A stretch of DNA of 48,680 nucleotides from Candidatus Limnocylindria bacterium (GTDB taxonomy: Bacteria; Chloroflexota; Limnocylindria; QHBO01). The notes under the pieces were generated by a model. It worked only from the letters and a program-made list of their open reading frames with translations, did no database searches and was not told where the DNA came from. Location: assembly GCA_050695815.1 (NCBI GenBank), contig JBOGSW010000136.1, positions 1 to 48,680 of the forward strand, written 5' to 3'. The translations under genes were made by a program, and so were the position numbers. Positions 9,897 to 18,768 of this stretch are shown here, piece by piece. Within the stretch, counting starts at the first letter, position 1. Each line of letters starts with the position of its first letter.

Positions 9897-9942
9897 CCAC
9901 CCGATAAGCCACCCGATAAGCCACCGGTAAGCCCCCGGTGAG
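9897..9942. repeat. Four tandem 11-12-nt units (CCACCCGATAAG x2, CCACCGGTAAG, CCCCCGGTGAG) in the rnhB-yraN spacer
   Basis: Direct reading gives units at 9897-9908, 9909-9920, 9921-9931 and 9932-9942. The array begins 5 nt after the rnhB stop. Confidence 0.85.
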
Positions 9943-9989
9943 CACCCCGCGCGCATGATGAGCCCACCGACCGCTCCGGAGGGACCCAG

Positions 9990-10367
9990 GTGGGAGACCC
10001 GCGCCACGATCTCGGCCGAGCGGCGGAGCAGGCTGTCGCCGCCTGGCTCGTCGCGGCCGGATGGACCGTGCACGCCCGTCGGCGACGCTCGGCGCACGGC
10101 GGCGAGGTGGACCTGGTGGCGCTCGACCCGGCGGGGGTGCTCGTGGCCGTCGAGGTGCGGGCGCGCCGCAGCGGACGAGTCGGATCCGCGGCCAGCACCG
10201 TGGATGCCGAACGCGTGGATCGTCTGCGCCGGACGCTTGCGTCGGTCGCGGGCGAGATCGACGCGCCGCATCGCGGCCTGCGGATCGATCTCGTCACCGC
10301 CGAGCCCGAGCCGGGCAGCGCGAACCGCTGGCGGCTGCGCCGCATCCCCGACATCGGCGCGTGGTGA
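9990..10367 (+). CDS. yraN: YraN-family (UPF0102) predicted endonuclease
   Basis: LGRAAEQAVAAWLVAAGWTV and GEVDLVALD...VAVEVRARR match the restriction-endonuclease-like YraN core. GTG start with SD GGAGGGA 5 nt upstream. It is a conserved neighbour of rnhB. Confidence 0.8.
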   Translation: MGDPRHDLGRAAEQAVAAWLVAAGWTVHARRRRSAHGGEVDLVALDPAGVLVAVEVRARRSGRVGSAASTVDAERVDRLRRTLASVAGEIDAPHRGLRIDLVTAEPEPGSANRWRLRRIPDIGAW

Positions 10368-10395
10368 CGCTCCCTGGCGCCCCGTGAGGCTCGGG

Positions 10396-11499
10396 TCAGC
10401 CTCCGAACAGCCGCTCGAGGACCACGATCGAGGCGATGTAGGGACGGCTCACCGCGTAGATCCCATGGCGGTCCGTCGCCCGCTGGCCCTGGTAGTAGGC
10501 GGCCAGCACCAGGCCACGGTTGCCGTCGTAGCGGTCGAGGTAGTGCGCCAGGAGACGAACGCCGGCGCGGACGTTCTGATGCAGGTCGCGCGGGTTGACG
10601 GGCGCGGCGAGCATGACATCACCGATCCACGCGGCAGTCGCCGGCATCAGCTGCATGACGCCGATGGCACCCGCATGGCTGACGACGTTCTGCCGCCATC
10701 CCGACTCCTGCCACGCCACCGCCAGCGCGAACGCGACCGGCACGCCCTGCCGCTTCGCCTCGGCCGCGATGAGATCACGAACCGAGCCGCGCGCGGCAAC
10801 GAGCCTGGCCATCGAAGCGGGCATGGCCGGCGCCGGAGCGGCGGCCGGCCCCTCGGTCACGCCGGGAATGGTGAGTCGCTGGCCGGCGAAGATGCGGCTC
10901 GGGTTGACGATGCCGTTGGCGGCCGCGATGGCCGAGACGGTCACACCGTAGCGCCGCGCGATGCCGATCAGGTTCTCGCCGGTCGCGATGGCATGGATGC
11001 GCGCGGCCGGCGCTGGAGGCGCGGTTCGCGCGGGAGGCGCGGGAACGGCTGCCTTCGGAGCAGGCACGCCCGGGATGGTGAGCGCCTGGCCGGCGTAGAT
11101 GCGGCTCGGGTTGCCGATGCCGTTGGCGGCCGCGATGGCGGAGACGGTCACCCCGTAGCGCAGCGCGATGCCGGTGAGATGCTCGCCGGCGCCGATCGTA
11201 TGGATCCGAGCCGACGGCACGGCGGGCGTCGCGGCTGCCGGAGGGGCGGCACCGGTGGCGGGCGTGGGAGCCGTCAGTCGCAGCCGCTGGCCGATGTAGA
11301 TGCGGTTCGCGTCGAGCAGGCCGTTGAGCTCCACGATCTCGTCGATGCTCACGCCGTGGCGCTTCGAGATCGCGGTCAGCGTGTCGCCGCCCTTCACGAC
11401 GATCGGATCGGCCGCGAGCGCCACGGCGCCCAGGATCGGCGCTGCGAGGATGAGGGCGGCCAGTCCCGCCAGCGGTGCGAAGAGCTGTGGTCGGTGCAA
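10396..11499 (-). CDS. Secreted 3x LysM - lytic transglycosylase (SLT domain) protein
   Basis: TTG start with SD GGAGGA 8 nt upstream on the - strand, and a signal-anchor LFAPLAGLAALILAAPILGAVALA. There are three LysM repeats (e.g. GDTLTAISKRHGVSIDEIVELNGL....IYIGQRL). The C-terminal SLT motif is AVAWQESGWRQNVVSHAGAIGVMQLMP. This is the only convincing minus-strand gene. Confidence 0.85.
   Translation of the reverse strand: MHRPQLFAPLAGLAALILAAPILGAVALAADPIVVKGGDTLTAISKRHGVSIDEIVELNGLLDANRIYIGQRLRLTAPTPATGAAPPAAATPAVPSARIHTIGAGEHLTGIALRYGVTVSAIAAANGIGNPSRIYAGQALTIPGVPAPKAAVPAPPARTAPPAPAARIHAIATGENLIGIARRYGVTVSAIAAANGIVNPSRIFAGQRLTIPGVTEGPAAAPAPAMPASMARLVAARGSVRDLIAAEAKRQGVPVAFALAVAWQESGWRQNVVSHAGAIGVMQLMPATAAWIGDVMLAAPVNPRDLHQNVRAGVRLLAHYLDRYDGNRGLVLAAYYQGQRATDRHGIYAVSRPYIASIVVLERLFGG
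10859..11215 (-). repeat. Two ~150-nt direct repeats at a 207-nt (69-codon) period, encoding LysM modules 2 and 3
   Basis: 10859-11008 and 11066-11215 align by eye with only scattered mismatches over the central ~100 nt (CTGGCCGGCG.AGATGCGGCTCGGGTTG.CGATGCCGTTGGCGGCCGCGATGGC.GAGACGGTCAC). Confidence 0.75.
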
Positions 11500-11670
11500 C
11501 GAATCGGTCCTCCGGTCTGAGCCTGCGGTGAGGGCACGAGGCGGGTCCCCACGACGCTGGCGGATGCTAGGAGCGATGCGCGCACGGTCAAGGTACCTGC
11601 GGGGACCGGGGGAGTACTTCGGTACCGTGTGGTGGGGTCAGGGGCTAGCCGGCTGCCGCGCGGCGCGCTC

Positions 11671-11679
11671 TGCTATACT
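11671..11679 (+). promoter_or_regulatory. Putative extended -10 element (TGCTATACT) for rpsB-tsf
   Basis: It shares the 10-mer CTGCTATACT with the element upstream of rplS, and I see no good -35. It would give a leader of about 135 nt with GC hairpins (e.g. CGCGC-AGCA-GCGCG) before GTG 11821. Confidence 0.35.
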
Positions 11680-11820
11680 CATCAGGCTCGCGCAGCAGCG
11701 CGGGCATTCTCATCACACACGCTCGGCGGATCCTGCTGGTCGGTGGTGCCGGCGCGACGACGTCGCGGCCGGTCGACCCCGGAGCCGATGTCGGGCGGAG
11801 GAACAACCGGAGGTTTTCAC

Positions 11821-12777
11821 GTGGCTGCCACCAGCATGAAGCAGCTGCTCGAGGCGGGCGTCCACTTCGGGCATCAGACCCGGCGCTGGAACCCGAAGAT
11901 GCGCGAGTTCATCTTCGCTGAGCGTAATGGGATCCACATCATCGACCTGGCTCAGACCGTGTCGCTGCTCGACCAGGCCCTCGAGTTCGTGCGCGAGACG
12001 GTGCGTCGCGGCGACAGCATCCTGTTCGTCGGCACCAAGAAGCAGGCGCAGGAATCGCTCGCCGAGGCCGCCCAGCGGTCGGGCCAGCACTACGTCAACA
12101 CCCGCTGGCTCGGCGGCATGCTGACGAACTTCATGACGATCAAACGCCGCATCCAGCGCCTCGAGGCTTTGGAGGCGCGACGCGACGCCGGCGAGTTCGA
12201 GCGCCTCACGAAGAAGGAGGCATCGAAGCTCAACGACGAGATCACCAAGCTCGATGCCGCCCTCGGCGGGATCCGCAAGATGCGGCGCCTGCCGGGCGCC
12301 GTCTTCATCGTCGATCCGCATCGAGAGTCGATCGCGGTGGCGGAGGCGCGGCGCCTCGAGATCCCGATCGTGGCGATGACCGATACGAACTGCGACCCGG
12401 ATCTCGTCGACTGGGTGATCCCGGCGAACGACGATGCGATCCGATCGGTGAGGCTCATCTGCAGCCTCGTCGCCGATGCGGCGAGCGTGGCGCAGCAGGA
12501 GCGCCAGGCGAAGCTCGACGAGGAGTTCGAGCAGGCCGAGGCGATGCCACCGGTCGACGAGACGGCCCTCGGCACCGAGGCCGACTACAGCGCCGCTCTC
12601 GCCTCGGGCGAGGCGCTCGTCTTCGAGCCGGAGCCCGAGGACGACGAGGAGGAGGAGCGCAAGGCTCGCGCCCGCCGCGCGGCACACATCGAAGAGGGCG
12701 AGCCGCCACATGACCCCGATCGGGAGCACGAACGCCAGATCGACGAGCACACGAAGGAGCCACGCCCCGAGGCGTAG
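11821..12777 (+). CDS. rpsB: 30S ribosomal protein S2 with an acidic C-terminal extension
   Basis: (V)[26 protein letters not shown] is the canonical S2 N-terminus. GTG 11821 is preceded by GGAGG (11808-11812). The upstream part of the ORF-track frame (11629-11820) is Arg/Ser-rich and non-S2. The tail is rich in E/D. Confidence 0.92.
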   Translation: MAATSMKQLLEAGVHFGHQTRRWNPKMREFIFAERNGIHIIDLAQTVSLLDQALEFVRETVRRGDSILFVGTKKQAQESLAEAAQRSGQHYVNTRWLGGMLTNFMTIKRRIQRLEALEARRDAGEFERLTKKEASKLNDEITKLDAALGGIRKMRRLPGAVFIVDPHRESIAVAEARRLEIPIVAMTDTNCDPDLVDWVIPANDDAIRSVRLICSLVADAASVAQQERQAKLDEEFEQAEAMPPVDETALGTEADYSAALASGEALVFEPEPEDDEEEERKARARRAAHIEEGEPPHDPDREHERQIDEHTKEPRPEA

Positions 12778-12789
12778 GCGGAAGGAACC

Positions 12790-13425
12790 ATGACGAACAG
12801 CGTGACCATCAAGCCAGAGGACGTGAAGCGGCTCCGCGAGCAGACCGGGGCCGGCATCATGGACTGCAAGCGTGCGCTCGAAGAGGCGGACGGCGACTAC
12901 GAGCGTGCCGTTGCGGCGCTCCGCAAGAGGGGGCTGTCGACCGCGGCAAAGAAGGCCGATCGCGTGGCCCTCGAGGGGATCGTGACGAGCTACATCCATC
13001 ACGGCTCACGGCTTGGCGTCCTGCTCGAGCTCAACTGCGAGACCGATTTCGTGGCTCGCACCGACGACTTCCAGCAGCTGGCGCGCGATCTCGCCATGCA
13101 GGTCGCCGGCATGAGCCCGCTCTACGTGAGCCGGGATGACGTGCCCGCCGGGGCGGTCGAGGAGCAGACACGCCGCTTCGCAACGGATGCCGAGCTGGAG
13201 GGCCGACCGGCCGATCGGATTCCGACGATCGTTGAGGGCAAGCTGAACAAGTGGTACGAGGCGGTCTGCCTGCTCGAGCAGCCTTACCGCGACACCGACC
13301 GCAAGATCGGTGACCTAGTGACCGAGAAGGTCGCCCTGCTGGGCGAGAACATTCGCGTCGCTCGCTTCGTGCGGATGGCGGTCGGAGAGACCGCCCCGGC
13401 AGAGGGTGCCGAGGAGGCCGCCTGA
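12790..13425 (+). CDS. tsf: Elongation factor Ts (short form)
   Basis: [37 protein letters not shown] is the UBA-like N-terminus, and [16 protein letters not shown] is also present. The gene follows rpsB. Confidence 0.92.
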   Translation: MTNSVTIKPEDVKRLREQTGAGIMDCKRALEEADGDYERAVAALRKRGLSTAAKKADRVALEGIVTSYIHHGSRLGVLLELNCETDFVARTDDFQQLARDLAMQVAGMSPLYVSRDDVPAGAVEEQTRRFATDAELEGRPADRIPTIVEGKLNKWYEAVCLLEQPYRDTDRKIGDLVTEKVALLGENIRVARFVRMAVGETAPAEGAEEAA

Positions 13426-13427
13426 CC

Positions 13428-14165
13428 GTGCCGTCCTCGGCCTCGGCCGAACCTGCGACTCGCCGGGTGCTTCTGAAGCTCTCCGGCGAGGCGCTCATGG
13501 GAGACCACGAGTACGGGATCGATCCCGAGGTCGTGCGCGAGATCGCCGGACAGGTGGCCGAGGCCGCCGCTGACGGGATCGAGATCGCGATCGTGGTGGG
13601 CGGCGGGAACATCTTTCGCGGGCTGGCGGCCAGCACGCGCGGGATGGATCGCTCCACGGGCGACTACATGGGCATGCTCGCCACGGTGATGAACGGCCTG
13701 GCCCTCCAGGACGCGCTCGAGCAGTCGGAGACGCCGACTCGAGTCATGAGCGCCATCGCCATGGACGAGATCTGCGAGCCCTACATCCGCCGCCGCGCGG
13801 AGCGCCATCTCGAGAAGGGTCGCGTGGTGGTGATGGTGGCCGGCACCGGCAACCCGTACTTCACGACCGACACCGCCGCCACGCTGCGCGCGGTCGAGGT
13901 CCACGCCGAGGTGATCCTCAAGGCGACCCGCGTCGACGGGGTGTACGATGCCGACCCGGAGGTGCACCCCGGAGCGCAGCGCTACACCCGCATCGGGTAC
14001 ACGGAGCTGCTCAGCAACCGGCTCCAGGCGCTGGACGCCACGGCCGTGAGCCTGGCGATGGACAACGAGATGCCGATCGTCGTCTTCGACATGACCGTTC
14101 CCGGCAATATCACCAGGGCGGTGCGTGGCGAGCGGATCGGAACCCTGATCGCAGGAGAGGTGTGA
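13428..14165 (+). CDS. pyrH: UMP kinase
   Basis: [37 protein letters not shown] and [13 protein letters not shown] are present. GTG start lies 2 nt after the tsf stop. Confidence 0.95.
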   Translation: MPSSASAEPATRRVLLKLSGEALMGDHEYGIDPEVVREIAGQVAEAAADGIEIAIVVGGGNIFRGLAASTRGMDRSTGDYMGMLATVMNGLALQDALEQSETPTRVMSAIAMDEICEPYIRRRAERHLEKGRVVVMVAGTGNPYFTTDTAATLRAVEVHAEVILKATRVDGVYDADPEVHPGAQRYTRIGYTELLSNRLQALDATAVSLAMDNEMPIVVFDMTVPGNITRAVRGERIGTLIAGEV

Positions 14166-14168
14166 CCG

Positions 14169-14726
14169 ATGACGCATGAATCGCTGACCGCCATCGAGCC
14201 CAGGATGCTGCACGCCATCGAGGCGATGGAGCGCGACTTCTCCGGGATCCGTACCGGCCGCGCGTCGACCGCGCTGGTGGAGAGGATCACGGTCGACTAT
14301 TACGGAACCCAGACGCCGCTCAACCAGGTGGCCGGCATCAGCACTCCCGATGCGCACCTCATCGTCATCCAGCCGTGGGATCGATCGGTCCTGTCGGCGA
14401 TCGAGAAGGCGATCACCAAGAGCGACATCGGCATCACCCCCAACGTCGACGGGACCGTGGTGCGGCTGAACGTGCCGCCGCTCACCGAGGAGCGCCGCCG
14501 CGAGATGGTCAAGCAGGTCCGGCGACGCACCGAGGAAGCGCGCGTCGAGGTCCGCAACCGTCGTCGAGAGGCTGCCGACCAGCTCAAGAAGGCACTGCGC
14601 GACGGAGACCTGTCGGAGGACGAGGAGCGGCGCGAGCTCGACAACCTCCAGAAGCTGACCGATCGCCACATCGAGGCGATCGACGCGAAGGCGGACCGCA
14701 AGGAAGCCGAGATCCTGGAGGTCTGA
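14169..14726 (+). CDS. frr: Ribosome recycling factor
   Basis: LSGIRTGRASTALVERITVDYYGTQTPLNQVAGISTPD and PPLTEERRREMVK are present, and 185 aa is a typical length. Confidence 0.95.
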   Translation: MTHESLTAIEPRMLHAIEAMERDFSGIRTGRASTALVERITVDYYGTQTPLNQVAGISTPDAHLIVIQPWDRSVLSAIEKAITKSDIGITPNVDGTVVRLNVPPLTEERRREMVKQVRRRTEEARVEVRNRRREAADQLKKALRDGDLSEDEERRELDNLQKLTDRHIEAIDAKADRKEAEILEV

Positions 14727-14729
14727 CCG

Positions 14730-15425
14730 GTGCCGGGCGAGCGGGTCCGACCCCGGCATGTGGCGATCATCGCCGACGGCAACCGCCGCTGGGCCAGGGA
14801 GCGTGGTCTGCCCGTGCTGGCCGGCCACATCCAGGGCATCGAGGCGATCCGGCCGATCGTCCGTCGCGCGCGCGATCGCGGGGTTGAGACCCTGTCGGTC
14901 TACACGTTCTCCACGGAGAACTGGACCCGGCCCGACGACGAGGTGAGCGGGCTCTTCGGCCTCATCGACGGGGCCGTGCGCCAGTACACCGACGAGCTCG
15001 CCGAAGAGGGGGTCCGGGTCCGGGTCATCGGCCGCCTGCACGAGGCGCCGGGTGACGTCCAGCGCTCGATTCGCGCGGCGGAGGACCGAACCCGCTCGGG
15101 CACGCGCCTGACGCTGAACATCTGCTTCAACTATTCGGGTCGCGCCGAGATCGTCGACGCGGCGCGCGCCATGGTGGCGGCCGGCGCCAACCCGACGGAG
15201 GTGAACGAGGAGCACTTCGCCGAGCACCTCTACACCGCCGGCCAGCCGGACGTCGACCTCCTCATCCGGACCGGGGGAGACCAGCGGACCAGCAACTTCC
15301 TGCTCTGGCAGGCCGCCTATGCCGAGCTGGTCTTCAGCACGAAGTTCTGGCCCGACTTCGGGGCCGATGACTTCGACGCGGCGCTCGACCAGTTCGTGCG
15401 CCGCGAGCGGCGCTTCGGGAGCTGA
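14730..15425 (+). CDS. uppS: Undecaprenyl/isoprenyl diphosphate synthase (cis-prenyltransferase)
   Basis: HVAIIADGNRRWARERGL, FSTENWTRP, RTGGDQRTSNFLLWQAAYAELVF. Confidence 0.93.
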   Translation: MPGERVRPRHVAIIADGNRRWARERGLPVLAGHIQGIEAIRPIVRRARDRGVETLSVYTFSTENWTRPDDEVSGLFGLIDGAVRQYTDELAEEGVRVRVIGRLHEAPGDVQRSIRAAEDRTRSGTRLTLNICFNYSGRAEIVDAARAMVAAGANPTEVNEEHFAEHLYTAGQPDVDLLIRTGGDQRTSNFLLWQAAYAELVFSTKFWPDFGADDFDAALDQFVRRERRFGS

Positions 15426-15428
15426 CCG

Positions 15429-16328
15429 ATGCTGCGGACGCGCCTCCTGACCGCCGCCATTCTCGGGCCGATCATCCTGGCCGTGGTGGTCATCGGCGAG
15501 CCGTGGCTCTCCCTCCTCGTCGGCATCGTCGCGTTCCTCGCCTTCGCCGAGCTGGTCGCCCTTCTCGACGCGGCCGGGTTCGAGCCACCGCAGGTGCTGA
15601 TGCTGCTGGCCGGCATGCTCGTCACCGCCGCGAGCCTGGTGGCCACGAACCACGACGGCGTGGGCGGCCTCCTCACCTCCCTGCTCTCCGCGACCGACCC
15701 ACCCGGTCTCGTGGCCGGCACGCTCATCGCGGCCATGCTGCTCATGGCGCTCGCTGCCTTCATGCGGCCCGATCCCCGCGACGGCTTCGCGACCTGGGCC
15801 ATGAGCTCGTTCGGGATCGCGTACGTCGGGCTGTTCCTGCCCACGATCGTCCTCGTCGCGCACCTCGCGCCGGTCGGCGGCTCCGCGTCGACCGCGGTCG
15901 GCCTGTTCGGCCTCGGCTCGGGAGCGGCATGGGCCCTGTTGCTCGTGCTGGTGGTATGGGGCTACGACACCGGCGCCTACCTCACCGGGAGACTGATCGG
16001 GCGGCATCGCCTGATCGACCACATCAGCCCGTCGAAGACGGTCGAGGGACTGGCCGGCGGCCTCGTGGCCGCCACCCTGGGCGCCGGCATCGGTGCGGCG
16101 CTCGTCGGGCTCGAGCCGTGGCATCCGCTCATCATCGGTCCTGTCGTCGGCCTTGCCGCACAGGCTGGAGACCTGGCGGAGTCGATGCTCAAGCGCGCCG
16201 CCGGGCGCAAGGAGTCCGGCTTCCTGGTGCCCGGCCATGGGGGGATCCTGGATCGCATCGACTCGTTCCTGTTCGCCGCCCCGGTCCTCGCCGCGTACGC
16301 GCTCCTCGTGGCCGGGCGCCTGGCATGA
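15429..16328 (+). CDS. cdsA: Phosphatidate cytidylyltransferase
   Basis: A polytopic hydrophobic protein with the C-terminal CTP-transferase signature SMLKRAAGRKESGFLVPGHGGILDRIDS. Confidence 0.88.
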   Translation: MLRTRLLTAAILGPIILAVVVIGEPWLSLLVGIVAFLAFAELVALLDAAGFEPPQVLMLLAGMLVTAASLVATNHDGVGGLLTSLLSATDPPGLVAGTLIAAMLLMALAAFMRPDPRDGFATWAMSSFGIAYVGLFLPTIVLVAHLAPVGGSASTAVGLFGLGSGAAWALLLVLVVWGYDTGAYLTGRLIGRHRLIDHISPSKTVEGLAGGLVAATLGAGIGAALVGLEPWHPLIIGPVVGLAAQAGDLAESMLKRAAGRKESGFLVPGHGGILDRIDSFLFAAPVLAAYALLVAGRLA

Positions 16329-17473
16329 CCGGCATCGCCGTCCTGGGGTCGACCGGGTCGATCGGCAGGCAGGCGCTCGAGGTGATCGAGGGCCTCGGGG
16401 CGCCGTTCGAGGTGCGCGCCATCGCCGCCGGACGGAGCTCGGCCGGCTTCGACGAGCAGCTCGCCGCATGGCCGGGAGCGCGGGCGTGGTGCGCCGAGGG
16501 ACGCCCCGAAGGCCTCTCGGCGGATCGATGGGCCGACGCCGGGCTCACCGAGCTGGCCACGCTCGACGGCGTGGAGCTGGTGGTCGTGGCCACCACCGGC
16601 ATGACGGCCCTGCCCGCCGTGCTCGCGAGCCTCCGCTCGGGGCGACGCGTGGCGCTCGCCAACAAGGAGACGCTCGTCACCGGCGGCCACCTCGTGGCGG
16701 CGCTGCTCGACGAGCTGGACGGCGAGCCGCTCGACCTGCTGCGACCGATCGACAGCGAGCACTCGGCGATCTGGCAGTGCCTGGTGGGGGAGCGGATCGG
16801 CGATGTCGCTCGTCTGGTGCTGACCGCCAGCGGCGGCCCGTTCCGCGGCCGCGATCCCGAAACGCTCCACGACGTGACCCCGGACCGGGCGCTCGCCCAT
16901 CCGACATGGCGCATGGGGCCGAAGATCACGATCGACTCCGCAACCATGGTCAACAAGGCGTTCGAGGCGATCGAGGCCAAATGGCTGTATCGGCTTCCGT
17001 ACTCTAAGATCGACGCCGTGATCCATCCCCAGAGCGTCGTGCACTCGCTCGTCGAGTTCGCCGACGGCTCGTACAAGGCTCAGCTCGGGCTACCCGACAT
17101 GCGCCTCCCCATCCAGTATGCCCTGACCCACCCGTCGCGCGTCCCGGCGCCGTCGCGGCGCGGGACGCCCGAGGAGTGGGGGACCCTCGACTTCAGCAGC
17201 CTCGCCACCGGAGCCTACCCGGCGTACGACGCCGTGCGCCGCGCCGCCGATGCGGGCGGCAACCGCGGCACGATCCTCAACGCCGCCGACGAGGTGGCCG
17301 TCGCCGCCTTCCTGGCCGGAGCGCTGCCGTTTCCGAGGATCGCCTCGACGATCGACGACGCCGTCGAGCGCTGGGGGACCGATGCGGAACCGGAGCTCGA
17401 CGAGATCGCGCGGCTCGACCACGAGGTGCGCGCAAGCCTCTCGACGCAGCTTGGCCTGACGGCCGCATCCTGA
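16325..17473 (+). CDS. dxr: 1-deoxy-D-xylulose-5-phosphate reductoisomerase
   Basis: MTGIAVLGSTGSIGRQAL, LANKETLV, IDSEHSAIWQCL and HPTWRMGPKITIDSATM are present. ATG 16325 overlaps the cdsA stop (ATGA). The upstream part of the 15503 ORF is an off-frame shadow of cdsA. Confidence 0.93.
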   Translation: MTGIAVLGSTGSIGRQALEVIEGLGAPFEVRAIAAGRSSAGFDEQLAAWPGARAWCAEGRPEGLSADRWADAGLTELATLDGVELVVVATTGMTALPAVLASLRSGRRVALANKETLVTGGHLVAALLDELDGEPLDLLRPIDSEHSAIWQCLVGERIGDVARLVLTASGGPFRGRDPETLHDVTPDRALAHPTWRMGPKITIDSATMVNKAFEAIEAKWLYRLPYSKIDAVIHPQSVVHSLVEFADGSYKAQLGLPDMRLPIQYALTHPSRVPAPSRRGTPEEWGTLDFSSLATGAYPAYDAVRRAADAGGNRGTILNAADEVAVAAFLAGALPFPRIASTIDDAVERWGTDAEPELDEIARLDHEVRASLSTQLGLTAAS

Positions 17474-18600
17474 TGGAGGTTCTCGGCACCGTCGCCGCCT
17501 TCCTCGGCGTCCTCGTCGTGCTCGTCCTGGTCCACGAGCTGGGTCATTTCATCGCGGCAAAGCGGGCGGGCATCACCGTCGAGGAGTTCGGCATCGGTTT
17601 CCCGCCGCGCGTCGCATCGGTCACGTGGCGCGGGACGCGCTACAGCCTGAACTGGATCCCGCTGGGCGGCTTCGTCCGCATGCTGGGCGAGGATGGCGAG
17701 GTCGAGATCAAGCGCCTGCGCGAAGGAGGCATGACCGATGCCGAGGTCGAGCAGGCCGCGGCAGGAGCCTTCAACCGCAAGCCGATCTGGGTGCGCGTCG
17801 TCGTCCTCCTGGCCGGGGTGGCCATGAACTTCGTCCTCGCCGCGGCGCTCTTCTCGGTCGCCATCAGCCTGCCACCGCTCATTGGCCACGGACCGCTGAC
17901 GGTGATGGAGGTGCAGGACGCCAGCCCTGCCGAGGGCAAGCTCGATGTGGGCGACGTGATCATCGGCGCCGATGGCCAGACCTTCGAGCGTTCCGCCGAC
18001 CTGACCGAGTACGTGGCAGGCCGCGCCGGATTCCCGGTCACCCTGGCCCTCGAGCGCGACGGCGAGCCACTCGAGCTGACGCTCATTCCGCGGTCGGTGA
18101 GCCCGGAGGAACGGGCGCGCGGGGTGGGGCCGGTCGGATTCTCCTACGAGCCTGAACGGCTCGTCGAGGAGCCCTCGACGGTGACCGGGCCGATCGACGC
18201 GGCCGCGCGAGGCACGACCGCCGCATGGTCACTGGCGATCCAGATCCCGGGCGGCCTGGCCGACGCGGTCGGCGGCTTGATCGGCCTGAACCCGAACGGC
18301 GGCGACGCGCGCGGCCCGATCGGGATCGCGCAGGAGACCGGCCGCGTCCTCGAGGCGCCGCTCGTCAGCCAGCTGCTCTTCGTCGGCGTGCTCTCGATCA
18401 ACCTCGCCGTGCTCAACGTCCTGCCCTTCCCGCCGCTCGACGGGGGTCGCATCTTCGTCGTCCTGGTCGAGGCGGTACGGCGGCGCAAGCTGCCGGCCGA
18501 GCGCGAGGCGCTCATCTACCTCACCGGCTTCGCCGTGCTCATCGCCCTCGTCATCCTGATCAGCATCCAGGACATCCAGCGCCTCATCACCGGCGGCTGA
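17473..18600 (+). CDS. rseP: RseP/RIP-type M50 site-2 zinc metalloprotease with PDZ domain
   Basis: HELGHF zinc motif in TM1, a PDZ-like segment (GKLDVGDVIIGADGQTF) and NLAVLNVLPFPPLDGG. The ATG overlaps the dxr stop by 1 nt (TGATG). Confidence 0.88.
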   Translation: MEVLGTVAAFLGVLVVLVLVHELGHFIAAKRAGITVEEFGIGFPPRVASVTWRGTRYSLNWIPLGGFVRMLGEDGEVEIKRLREGGMTDAEVEQAAAGAFNRKPIWVRVVVLLAGVAMNFVLAAALFSVAISLPPLIGHGPLTVMEVQDASPAEGKLDVGDVIIGADGQTFERSADLTEYVAGRAGFPVTLALERDGEPLELTLIPRSVSPEERARGVGPVGFSYEPERLVEEPSTVTGPIDAAARGTTAAWSLAIQIPGGLADAVGGLIGLNPNGGDARGPIGIAQETGRVLEAPLVSQLLFVGVLSINLAVLNVLPFPPLDGGRIFVVLVEAVRRRKLPAEREALIYLTGFAVLIALVILISIQDIQRLITGG

Positions 18601-18684
18601 GGCGGGCTGCAGCGGCTCGATGCCGCGATGAGCGTCGGCGATGGCGCTGGCGTCAATCCCCACGGCCACCGAGGCCTCTCATCG

Positions 18685-18714
18685 TTGGCGGGAGAGAGGG
18701 TCATCGGGTATACT
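18685..18714 (+). promoter_or_regulatory. Putative promoter for the nusA-infB operon (TTGGCG - 18 nt - TATACT)
   Basis: TTGGCG at 18685-18690 and TATACT at 18709-18714, at the edge of one of the few AT-richer islands in the window. Confidence 0.4.
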
Positions 18715-18768
18715 CCAGCACGGTTCGACCGGCCGAATTGCGAGCCATACATATTGAACTGAGTACCT

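Noticed and set aside
9897-9942. Tandem repeats as a mini CRISPR array
   Set aside because: The units are 11-12 nt, directly abutting with no spacers, and no cas genes are in the window.
9955-11520. 521-aa plus-strand ORF spanning yraN and the LysM gene region, and other off-frame + ORFs such as 22440-23861, 15503-16324, 17176-17472 and 36655-37317
   Set aside because: They are Arg/Pro-rich off-frame translations overlapping genes with clear motifs. The only real parts are the downstream in-frame segments (dxr, rseP, methyltransferase), which I start at internal ATGs.
11629-11820. N-terminal 64-codon extension of the rpsB ORF
   Set aside because: The extension has no S2 similarity and is Arg/Ser-rich. 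It contains the putative promoter, whereas GTG 11821 has a GGAGG SD and yields the canonical S2 N-terminus.
13284-16469. 1061-aa minus-strand ORF, and similar giants at 19505-22396, 26034-28811, 43504-46917, 34992-36962 and 1597-3696
   Set aside because: These are antisense shadow ORFs typical of very GC-rich DNA. Their translations are Arg/Ala/Gly/Pro/Asp-rich with no motifs, and each lies fully opposite a + strand gene with unambiguous family signatures.
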